From positions 25,100 to 89,099 of the forward strand of contig LPNZ01010514.1 of assembly GCA_001655205.1 (NCBI GenBank): DNA of 64,000 bases. The letters are read 5' to 3'. The notes under the pieces were generated by a model. That model worked only from the letters and a program-made list of their open reading frames with translations. It made no database searches and was not told the DNA's origin. The translations under genes were made by a program, and so were the position numbers. Origin of the DNA: Lenisia limosa. Its lineage: Eukaryota; Protista; Breviatea. Below are positions 47,729 through 59,355 of this stretch, piece by piece. Numbering within the stretch: the first letter of the stretch is position 1; every line of letters starts with the position of its first letter.

Positions 47729-50700
47729 TTAGGGTTTCTTTGGCTTGGGTTTAGAGGGGCGTTTGCCGTCCAAAGCAGCTGCAGCTTCAGCCTCACGCTT
47801 CTTCAGGGACTTGGCGAGTGGCAACTTCGCCATGAACTTCTGGGGGTACGTCAGAACCGAGATAACAAGCTTGCTCAGAACAGCAGCATATGATTACTTT
47901 TGTTTCTATTTTTCTTCAACATAAACTTGGGCTTCACTTCGTTTCGACAAAAGAATGAATTTCTCGATATATCCTCGAAAACTAACGATATTTCCACGGT
48001 ATTTTTCGAACCCAAGAGAAGCAGCATAAGAAGGCTACACCCCCATAGCCCACTCTCATTTCAACATCTGCCTCCAGGAAGATAGGACGCTCTTTCGAGA
48101 GACATGTCACGAATTCGCCAGCCATGAGGGGTGATGAGGCCATCTGAACAGTTATTAGATCCTAAGGCTCCGGTTGGTCACAAAAAACAGATACATAAAA
48201 GATCACAATTATGACTGGGCGTTATAGTCTAAAAAGTGTTTGAAGATTTCAAGGTTAAGAGTTATTATACCCATATCACTATATCAGTGCCTCATCATCG
48301 CATAGAATCAGAACGGTTGGCACCTTGAGTTTACGTCTTGGTGAGAGGACCGTTGACACCGTGTTGCAAATGGCTCCGGAGGAATAACCGTCAGATATAA
48401 GGGTCAACGATGACAGGTCAAACGTGGTGGGCATGACGCCGCCTGCACGGCTAATCATAGTTTGCCTAATATGGTAAGTATGGAAAGTGGCCTGATATGG
48501 ATTGAAAGACGGGTGCTGATGACAACGACATTTAGGATAAGTTGGCGAACCAAAGAAGGCGACGATGAGCATAGTCAGGAAGAGGGACAAAGAACTGCTT
48601 AGAGAACACTTTGGTCATTGTCTTCAGGTCTCCGTCTACTCTGTCAGAATTGTTTATCTCTTTCAGCAACTTGGTATTATCTCCCTATCACCTGTAACAA
48701 ACCTTGACATCTCCCTATCACCTGCAACAACCCTTGACATCTCCCTATCAGCTGCAACAACCCTTGACATCTCCCTATCACTTGCAACAACCCTTGTACC
48801 CATAGGACGGTCAGAAATGCCAAGGACAAGCACTCGGTGTGACGGTTTAATCAGTTTCATCTCTTTCAAAAGGTCCTTTTTGATTCGGTTTGGTTTGTCT
48901 TCTCCCTCAGGCTGGGGGGGGGGGTAATATATCGTGTGAAAGAAGTTAATTTTGTTGAAATAATTACGAAAAGTATACATAAACAAAAACAGGAGTGGTG
49001 GAAGGGGTGGGGGAACTAATATCTCAAGATATCAGCAAAAGGATGCAGTAGATGAAAATGTGCGTCAATCTGAGATTCAGAATTTGTTTTCATGAACCGA
49101 AATACATACTAGACCGCCCACGGTTTTGACCTTGGTTGCAAGGGCCTTTTCCGCCTGTCCAATGTAGATCACAGCAGGGTTAAGGGCCTTGGCCAGCTGA
49201 GAGGTGAGATGTCAAATCAAATATTCGAATTCAATTTTAACACTAAAGCTCCTTACCTTGAAGGCCATATGAACCATGAGGCTGGTGTGGGCGCTGTACT
49301 TGCCGTTTGTAACATACGGAGACAGATCGACAAACAAGGAGCCGGTTTCGGTTGCAACCGCCCTGGCTAAGAGGGACTTTCCGCTGCCTACTCTGTCAAA
49401 TGCCATATCAAAGCGATACCCCACGTTTATACACTCAATACGAGTATCATTGTATGCTATGTAGAAATGCTAAGCGCCCATCACAACTATCATAATATTG
49501 CGTGTTGAACTTGCACCAAATCCTTGGCACCACCCACCAGGGAACCCGTAGAGCAGAACACCCTTGGCTGAAGGACCTTTCTCTCTAACTTGTTCGCATC
49601 CCAGGGGAAATATGCACGACTCAGTGATCACCTAAAATCGGTTAAATCGTTCAAACTGAAGCATTCCACATGTTTAACTTCTTATCATATATGTATATAT
49701 ATATATGATATAATATACTTTGGTATTGTATATCGTATGATATAAACAATATATTATTAGTATAATATCAGGTTTTTTACAAGGGTTTCACTTCGGTTTG
49801 AAAAAAAGACGGAATTTCTCGATAAATCCTCGATAACTATCGCTATTTTACCGGTCTTTTTCAGATCGGAGTGTAACCCTAATTACAAGATGAGCAGCGA
49901 TTGCTATCCATTACAAGATGAGCAGCGATTATAGCTACCCATCACGTAATGATAGACCCCACAAACTCTCTTAACGTCGAACGATGACGGATCTGGGGCC
50001 ACACCAGCGTCCTCGAGGAGACCCGATAATACCGTGTTGCATGCAACGTACTCCGACATTCTGAGTGGAGGGAGTGAGTAAGTTGTCATGGCGGTGAGAA
50101 ATGAGTTCCCTGCACCAACTTTGTGATGGGCATCTTGTGGAGGATGCCGTGCGACACAAACTCCGCGTAGAGGGACTCGATAGTTCTAAAAAAGTAATCC
50201 ACAACCCCAGGACACAATAGCAGATGAACATGGGACAATTATAAACCTGGCATTGTTAACCGACCTTTCTGAAGTCATATCCTTCTCTTTTCTTCCCTTC
50301 TTTTTCCGTGCTGCTCTGGCTGAGAGGGTCAGAAAACGGTTCTCAAGGCTTTTGAGAGATTACTACCCACGTTTTCTTGCAGCCTTCTTCTTCCTGCCTC
50401 CTTTCTCCACCGCCAATTTCAAGTTCGACAATTCTTGTCTCATAAGNNNNNNNNNNNNNNNNNNNNNNNNNNNNNNNNNNNNNNNNNNNNNNNNNNNNNN
50501 NNNNNNNNNNNNNNNNNNNNNNNNNNNNNNNNNNNNNNNNNNNNNNNNNNNNNNAGGTGATATCTTGAATCATATATATCACAGAATTCTATTGCTCTGA
50601 TATATTCCTGCAATCTGAAAACTTAACACCCAAAGTACCCACTTCCAATCTTGCTTCCTCCTCAACAACAGGGCGAATGGCTTCACGGATTAGCTCAGAA

Positions 50701-53091
50701 TCGTGGTGCTAAAAAGGTAAACCACTTGCGTAATACTCGTGACGAACCTGTGTGGGGTTGGTTGACTCGTCTCTCCCTTGCCACACACCAATGTACGTAT
50801 TGACTCCTTCCTAGAGGCATGTCAATAACGTTTCATTTCTATTTTGGCAACAGACAGCACTCCCCTCATCACATCCCCCCCCTACCTGGACCACATCAAG
50901 GTATCTGGAGAGGGGGATGGTGATTTTCGGTTCGTCGTCCTTGGGATTGGGCCTTCCGGCGGTCGCAGGCTTCTTCATTGTCGTTCTGCTGGGTGCTTCT
51001 GAGGGGTCAGCTTTCCTATGATACATATATGGGAGGTTGGAAGTAAATGAAAAGATATGTTAAAGTTACCATCACATTGCTTCAGGACCAGACCATATTC
51101 AATCAAAGTCGTCATACCTTCCTCCTCCTCCTCCTCGGATTCATCTTGCTGGACAAAAATGGTAGCACTTCCACCTATGTTGTCAAGCCTGTTACACCCC
51201 AGATATGAGGAAAGATTAAAAGAGATCCGCAATTTATTCGCCATTTCCAGGGCTATAAAGGAATTTAACCCCACTGCGCACCTTGTGCAACACTTGGGTA
51301 GTCCGGGAACTTTCCATAACGATCACGGTGATCAATAAACCATTGTCTGATTTCGTCTTCCATTGACTCCCTCATCTCAGGCACTTCAATTTCAATTATC
51401 CTGGGGGGTAACCGGAGCAAAAGATTGAGAGAAATTAGCATCTTAGTGAACATACTTGTCTCTGATAGTGACCTGGGCGTCCTCGTAGGAGGTTTCATGC
51501 TGCGACTGCACGAGGCGTCGTCGAGCCTGAGAGGTCAGTATTCCTGGTCTTGTGCCAGGCATTTAGATGCGTAGGTCCAAACGGTGTTTAGACAGAAGTA
51601 TCAACACCATAGGCCCAAGAGAGCCCAGTCACCTTTGAGGATTCTTCTTTGGCGTTGGTGTTCTTTGAAGGGTCTTTCGGTCTCAGAGCCATTCCTAATG
51701 TATCAACATTGCAGAGTGCTAATGGCAACTAGCAAAACAACAACTATGTTTCCGATTAGCTATGAATACGAGCAATAAAGAGAATCTATCATAGAAACGC
51801 GTGGATGCCACCTGAAAACCTCCACCTACCAAGCATGATCAGTTCCTCTTCCCTCTCCTGCGCAACAAGGCATCTGGCTGAGTACCCGCGGAAAAGACGC
51901 TGGATACGCACTGCGGCGACATTGGAATCCAGGGGGACTGCCCGCGATCCTGACTTTCGATCTTTCCCCTCCTGGTTCGTGAGAAAGAGAGCGTCAGATT
52001 GCTGACAAACCTGTCCCCTGATTTCCTTCATGAATCGCGTCCTCAACAGCGCTTGACGCCCGCGTTCAAAGGACTGGATCATTTTGATGGCTGAAATGTG
52101 ATTACCAATACACCACCCTCCCTGACCACGCCCCCCGTTTTTGATTTCAAAACTTCTGAAATTTGTTCGATATTTTGGTTTGTTATTCATAAGACAGAGC
52201 TTACCCTGTTCCTTTGTGTAAGTTGGCTCATTATCTCCAGACTCAAGCCCAGAAGTGATTTGGTATTGGGCTGTCAAGGCATCCTGTGGGGTCATTTCAT
52301 TCTTTCTAATTCAAGATATTTATACCCGAAGAGATATTCCCTTTTAAAAAGCATACCAGGAGTTTCTCTCTTTCGCTGAGCTCCTTCAACCTGTTGTTGA
52401 CGAAATAAGAAGGAATCTCAAGATGGAAGTCGTTGGGGTTGATTTGTCTGTCCAGCTAAGGGGCATGAGAGATCAATAACCGATACGAATGGAAACGCGA
52501 AGAAAAACACAGCATACCAGGATGTCGTCGATGGGTGGGAAGTCTGAGCATTGAAGGGACACAAGGAAGGCCTTGACCTCAAGCAGTCGACCCATTGTGG
52601 CTTCTAGAAGCTTCTGAACTAACGTTCTTTTTTGGGGGTGTACCATCTAAATTGTGAGCAAGACAATTATAATATAGAGGCTTGATATAATTATAATATA
52701 GAAGCCCAAAAGCCCCCATTGGTGTTGTACAAGCGCATTAAAGTAGTTCATAATGCCACCAATAACTGAAGAACGTATTTTGTGAGCCTCCATATGATCC
52801 TAGCTCACTTGGTCATGGCAACCACAGAGTTTGTTGTGAACGAGGGCGTAGCGGGCATAAAGCTGGGCATAGTATTCATAAATCAAATGTTCCTCCTAAA
52901 TTGTGTAAGAGAGGCATGGTAAACAGTTAGAGCCCGGAAAAGAACGAATCTACTCACAGATTCAAGACTAGGGATGCTTTCAGGGTTTTCAGGCACCTCC
53001 AAATCAAGTATAGCTCTCAGTTCTGCAACAGAAGAGAGCAATAGCTCATTGTATGTTCTAAGGGAATGAGAAAAGTACCGGTATACGCCAT
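47729..53091 (-). CDS. IQCA1: IQ and AAA domain protein IQCA1/DRC11 (nexin-dynein regulatory complex associated)
   Basis: MA/TYNELL start, IQ motif AAVRIQRLFRGYSAR, EDEIRQWFIDHRDRYGKFPDYP, RTIESLYAEFV, Walker A LLYGFP/GSGKSLLARAVATETG, MVHMAFK/VAKALNPAVIYIG, FFVPLPDYAHRR. Confidence 0.92.
47929..48025. mobile_element. Palindromic element copy C, in IQCA1 intron
   Basis: GGGCTTCACTTCGTTTCGACAAAAGA-ATGAATTTCTCGATATATCCTCGAAAAC...GGTATTTTTCGAACCCAAGAGAAGC: same core and inverted arms. Confidence 0.55.
48679..48797. repeat. 30-nt tandem repeat x4 in IQCA1 intron
   Basis: ATCTCCCTATCACCTGCAACAACCCTTGAC with single-base variants. Confidence 0.92.
49782..49880. mobile_element. Palindromic 99-bp element copy A, in IQCA1 intron
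   Basis: Left AGGGTTTCACTTCGGTTTGAAAAAAGAC pairs with right GTCTTTTTCAGATCGGAGTGTAACCCT; core GGAATTTCTCGATAAATCCTCGATAAC. Confidence 0.65.
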
Positions 53092-53617
53092 TTCAGCAAT
53101 GGAAACATACTGAGAAGACATTATAAGCTTTCACAACACAAAAATATGTCGGTAGTTCAGCTTAGTAGTCGAAACCTTATTACATGCTCTGTTGTTTCGT
53201 CTCTCAACCTGACTAAATTGACAATAACGTTATTTAAAAACTTATATTTTGATACTTTGTACTGTTTCAAAGTTTCAAAACGGAATTTGCTTTTAAGAGG
53301 TAGGACGTGGGACCACGGTCCTCCAACAATTTTTCAGAATCGTGACATCACCAAAATCATCACATTGTATTTGCATTGTAATCACATAAGGTTTCGGTAT
53401 GCCATATTGCCAATTGCCATTTTGGGTGTGGTCCATTTCGCATCGCTGTGAAAGGGTGGATAAAATTCTAAGATAAGAGCGTAGAAATTTTTAACAATTA
53501 CCAACTAAAAAGCTAAAATGCTCCAGTACTCAGGATATGTGCCAATTTTAAACTTGTTAAATGGACCAATGATGTCGTTTGGCATTCACCGCAATGCATT
53601 ATTTTCTGGCCTAGAAC

Positions 53618-56600
53618 CTAGATGACGACTGCTTCCTGAGACTCGACCCTCCAAAGGACTTTGCACGTCTGTGTTGTTTGTTTATTGGCGATGGTAACGG
53701 GAGCTGAACAGTTAGAAGCTGGAATCAAGAAATAGTTTCACATTGTCTTTGTTACAAATCGGTTTTGTTTCCATTTTAGACCCCCCCCCCCCACATTGGA
53801 CTTAACTGGGGCTGGAATAATAGGAGTGTCAAATGTGACACTCAGAGCTGCGTTGGCGGAATAGGAGGAATATCTGTGGCGAGTGGAGGGCTAATAATGT
53901 CAGAGATGATTTATCAAAATTTCAAAATGTTAACAATATCAGATGCAAGTTACCGACAGAGTAATCTATTTCGTCCGTAGACACTGCGACTGTTTTGAGG
54001 CGACTTGATGACTTGAATCCGGCTGCACGGATTAAAATAATTGAGGAAACACAATCGAATGATAATTTTGAAATAAAATATCAAAAGTAAGCAATGGGGG
54101 TTATTGATACAATGAAATTAAGTGGACAGACCTTTGGAAGTTCGTGCAATGAGGAACAATGACGTGGCCCCCATAACACCGATGTGCCATGAACTATGCA
54201 CCATCTAAATGGTGTTACCCCATGTTTAGTTAATTACTAATGATGTAGATACAAATAATGCCTACCCAGTAGTTACTGTGAGTTTGGAAAAATAGGGTGA
54301 GGGAAAGCGCGCCTCCTGCCAAAAGACAGCCAAGGAACACAGGAGTCCATTTGATTGGAGGAGGGTGGATTCGGATGCGAAGCAACTGTCGTACCGCTCC
54401 CCTATTAGCGTACTTGCCTATTTGGTTAATCTTGATGGGAATCTTATGACTACTATGGTTATGATGATAAATTTGTGACACAGATAATCCAAGGTACCTG
54501 GTGGATTGAGGTGAAATGACGTCCCAATAAACACAAAGAAGATGAAAATGGCCAGGGTTTTGAAGTTTGAGAACTCAGTCTAATTCGTTAGTTTGACTTT
54601 GGTGTTGAGAACGCCAAAGAGTGTGGGTGTCCACCAACCGCATCTTCAGCTACCAACAAGAGACTAATGAAACCAGCTACGACAAATAGCGATCCTTTGT
54701 TCCTTTGCGCCTATGATGTTAGAAATGTAATATCATCAAACACAAAATCATAGAATAGTGTGAATTATGTTGAAACAAGCATACCACGCCAAGTGTGGTG
54801 ATGGCTGTGATGAGGATAGCCATGTAGCTCCAAAAGAAGTCTGCCATCATAAGCGTGCTAAAGCTCCATCCATGGCAGTCAAAGTCTGTGTCACAACGAT
54901 GGTACATGATGGACGAAACTGGTTTGTCATTGTTTTAGAGTGCTAATTATTCACAACTGTCAATGGAGATTTTCAGGCATGTACACCTATTGCCACATGC
55001 TTACTCATGCTTGCAATGAACGTTAACATTTCCATGTACAGTCCATGATAGAACGTAATGATGATACCTGGCAGCATGGCTGCATGGTTAATACCAAATA
55101 GAAATATTGAAACGTAAAATTGACACAATTGTAAATTGTAATGTACTCTGGTTCAAACCGAAATTGCTTGCCACTAAAAACGACACCTGAATCAAATAGA
55201 ACTGAACTCGTTAATACAAAAGACAAGAGTAGCAAACCCAGTATTTATAGTCCTCGATTTCGCAGGCCTCGCCTGACCAACGTGACCATCCCGAGCACTT
55301 GCACCGCCATGTCAATAGGTCGCCTTCACTTGATAACTGACACTACGATGTAATAGAGCAAAAAGGCCAAACCGATCCGCGTCCGTTACAAGAGCCGATA
55401 CACGGCTGGTTCCAGAACTCAACGTTTGCATAGTAACCATTCCAAGGCTCCCTGGATGATGAGATGACACTTTTAACTTGATATCATACCTCTCAATAGC
55501 TTGTTTTTGGTCATCTGAGATACTTCGAAGATCAAGACCAGCAACTTCTTCTTGATCTGTCCACTGAGATACCTGTGTGGTTATCACATTTAACTTAGGA
55601 TCAAAACAATCCATGAGCAAACGTAAGGAAAAGCCATTGGGTCGTCATCAGCGTTATCATCGTCAGTTGTTCCAGTGGAGGGTTTAAAGTGAGGATTCTG
55701 TAAGGGATTAGCCTTAACTACAAATGGACTCAGTTTCTTTTTTTACAACGAGCACATCAAAACCCAAATACCGCCCTGCCGCTTCCTCTCGAGACGTAGT
55801 CCTTTGGAACCTGCCCATTGGAATATACGGAATCAAAGTCAGCAAAGTCCACTAAGACGTGGTATACGCCCTCTAGGAGCCGGTAGAACTCACGAATGGC
55901 TCTGTGACGTTTTGGTGATGGTCTGATGGGTAATTGTGAGGTAAAAACTTTAAGTAGGAGAAGAGTTTGTTGATCGATAATGTTAAACAATACTTGTTCC
56001 ATGTTATCCTGAAATTGCCAGCCAACTGTGATATTTTAAAGTCATAATTGTCCGTGGATGGCATGCCATCACGTCGGATGTAGAGGGCGAAAGCAGGAAG
56101 AACATTCCTATCACCATCAACTGTCAGTTCGAAGAACGAAGCTGCCAATGACTGCATCTCTGAAATATTAATGTAAGTTATATGAATTATCTGTGTGATA
56201 AGCTATGTTTCAAGTAGGGTTCTGGCTCACCATCAACAATTAATTTTGTCGTATGACTGAACTCCATTGGGAGTCCAAGAGCGGCTTGAATTGCCGACAA
56301 TGGATGATGACGCTGCGCCTCCTAAATGGTTCAATAAAAATAGCCACAAATGTGAACTGCATCACAACATTTCACCAAATGCGCGTTGAAATTGACACTC
56401 ATATTTAAATACACCAGTCATATTGAAATTTACATTCACTATGAGTTTGAATATGACATTGAGATTGTCATTCACACAATCACGTTTTCCCTCTTACTGC
56501 AGTTGTGAACTCCAGACTATGACAAAACCTCCCCACCAAGCCGACTTCACAGACTGAAATGGTCAGATGCTTCAGACAAGATCTACAGTTTTCATCCAAC

Positions 56601-58673
56601 TTACTATACTTGGTAATCGAGACATCTGCGTTAAGAGAGTCCATTGTAAGGTCTACTTTAGAGATGTACCATTTTCCGACTGCAAAGTTAGATCCTTGAT
56701 GGTGGATAATGCTGAGTTTAGAATCAAAATAGTGTGGAGAGTTCCAACTCACAAAGTGGAAGTTGCATGGTGAATGTTACGAAACCGTCTTCTCTGAATT
56801 TCATGAAATTAGTATAGAATGTCAGAGGTTTGCGTAAACAGGAAGGGTTCAGTCATACAAGACACCACATTAGCTCACCTTGACACATCGCTAATCAGGC
56901 TTGAACTACCCTTCATAGTATATCTTTCAACATGATTCGGAGCTAAGAGTTCTCTAAACTGATCTTCTGGGGACTAAACGGGTAAAAGTGGAATACATAT
57001 GTGGGCTTATCATGGATTGAGTCATACCTTAGTTGTGTTTTTTTGTATGATCATGGTATCAGTGACCAATAAATCGTAGTTGTCAATGGTTGGGAACGCT
57101 TCATGTCTGAATGCCAAAGTGGGCAAAGTGCCCTGTCATGTAAGGGAAATAGTAGTATTGTCTTTGAAGTGTGCACGTCATTTTGCTTACTGCACTTCTG
57201 ATTGTCACAACGATTCGGGCAATTCTGTCATTGATTTCGATTACAAAGATTTCATTTCCTGTTAACTAAAATTGTAAGTTCCAAAAAGCTACATTTTGAA
57301 CCAAACTGTAAACAAAGGATCTGATGTTGCTCGTTCGTTGACATGTGGTGGTTCAAGAGAAAAAGCGAGTTCTGACTTGACAACAGGAGATAGAGTTTGA
57401 AAATTGCTGTCACCTTCGTCTTCACCTCGACGATCTTGCCAGGAAGGCTTGTTTAGCCATGAACCAGCACCTACAGCAATCAGTTGCCCCAGTAATTTTG
57501 CATGCTTCAATACAGTCTAATGTCCCACTGGTGATAATTTCGGGCATAGAAACGGGAATGAGTTGGAAGTCGCACATGGCTCCTCCCCAATCTTCAAGGC
57601 ATTCTGAACGGTTAGTCAGAACGAGATCAGACGAACCGTTGATTGTTGCAAAGAGAATATATCGTGACGTCATGAGTTCGCCAAAGAGATTAGGCTGTGC
57701 GGACTCTTTTCCAAAAGCTGAACGGTAAGTTATTTTGGGTTTTGGTGTGAATTAAACTGGAAAGTTAACGAAATGTAATATTTATCATTCAGTTTTGACA
57801 ATTATGGATCCAATTTCAAAGAGGCACAGAGAGATCAGTAGCAAACCATCGACAAGGACATAGTAGGTTCCGGCTTGTGGATATTCAATATCCCACTACA
57901 ATGATTAGATTAAGGAAATTGACAAAATTGTTGGTCTCAGATTACTAAACAAAAATGGACAGCAGTAAATTCTAAAGCCTTCCCCTACCCTTTGTGACCC
58001 GGTGTAGCCTCCTGCGATGGTGATTGACGATTGAAAATGGATCATTTGATCGTAGACCTCTGGAAGTGGTGGCGCATCCTGGAAGAAGGTTACAGCTGGT
58101 ATTATTTGAATTACACAAACATCAAGAAGAAAACAGTTACACGCACTGATCATATGGAGAGGAATCGAGAGTTATGTCCACCACACCTTTCTCAAATAGA
58201 ACATTGGCGGGTATTTAGTTGAATGACCTGGCGGAATGCTCACTTCAATGGATAGAAGAGTTCCTGGCTTCAAGAGGGTCACTGTGGAAGTCAAAACAGC
58301 TTTGACGTAAATCAATTGACAATGAGCTAAATTGACAGACTGCCAGCCTCCTATTAGCAATGCAGTTGATTTGTAAGGGTACAACAGAGTGTAGAATCAG
58401 TTCATCTGCCAACCTTTGTAGTAGTGTCTATTTTTACTGGATATGTAGCGATGATTACCCATGAAGACGTTTCGAGTCGTTGTGTGTCCCTGGCCTGCGA
58501 CGTCAAAGGAATGCTGTTAGAAATGCCATATGAAATGCAACCTGCGCGCAATTGGAGTCAATAATACTCAATCCACTTTCCAACTAACCAGTTGCCGCAA
58601 CACATTGAACTAAAAGAAGAAGACAGAATGAAGCCAGACTGAGAATTATGGAAGGCTGTTTTGAAAGTGACAT
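53618..58673 (-). CDS. TMEM8/PGAP6-family (CREST) membrane hydrolase with long ectodomain and EGF-like modules
   Basis: Signal peptide MSLSKQPSIILSLASFCLLLLVQCVAA; ECLEDWGGAMCD and CKCSGWSRWSGEAC EGF-like ends; TM region NHAAMLPG.., SSIMYHRCD (SxxxH), MADFFWS, NYW/MVHSSWH (HxxxH). Last exons tentative. Confidence 0.8.
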
Positions 58674-59355
58674 GCTGGGACAGTGTTATTACTGGATGTG
58701 GGCAGTGGTGACAGATAACAACGGGACCTGCGTGGATGACTGCATTCAAAGGGGAAACTACTCTCTTTACGGCATAGTAATTCCATATAGTGCTTACTTA
58801 TCTTATCAAATTCAATTTTTAAGCAGGCGAAGGTGATTTTCACGTTCAAACACTAACACAGAGAAACTTCCCATAAAAGGAAACTTTAGTAATTCTGGAT
58901 GGACTTGGTTTGAACATTTCCGATGTGGGCTGACGTATCCAAAATATTCTCTCTCTGCCTATATTACAGCAATTTTTATGAGATGAAATATAATTAGGCA
59001 AGTTACCGGGTGATTTGACAATGGTTAAGTTGTGTTTTTGAGTTGGAATTGTTTAGCGAATAGAGGCATATCTTAAAAGGGATCCTTCTCTGTACCCTGG
59101 ACGGTTCCTGGTACCTTTTCAGTCCTACGGAGAAAACAGCCCTTCATGAAGGGCCCCGGGAAAGGAATCCTAGGGAGTATGAAAATTCCCGCGTTATTTG
59201 CGTGGCGCGTATTTTTAAAGGATTTGAATCGCCGCATTTGCAGCTTGCACTTGCAGCCACTAAATTACCAAGAGTATCAGTTGTTTCGTTTTTAGTATAA
59301 AATAAAAGGAATGTAGATCATCCGCCTTGTACTTTCAGCAATCTTCATCTTTTCG

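Noticed and set aside
48679-48797. CRISPR-like appearance of regular repeats here and at 31490-32020
   Set aside because: Units are contiguous with no unique spacers, there are no cas genes, and the context is eukaryotic introns.
57900-58400. Kelch-like GG motifs (LLIGGWQS, TIAGGYTG) in the TMEM8-like N-terminus
   Set aside because: No regular Kelch spacing or downstream Y/W residues, and one lies in a probable intron frame.
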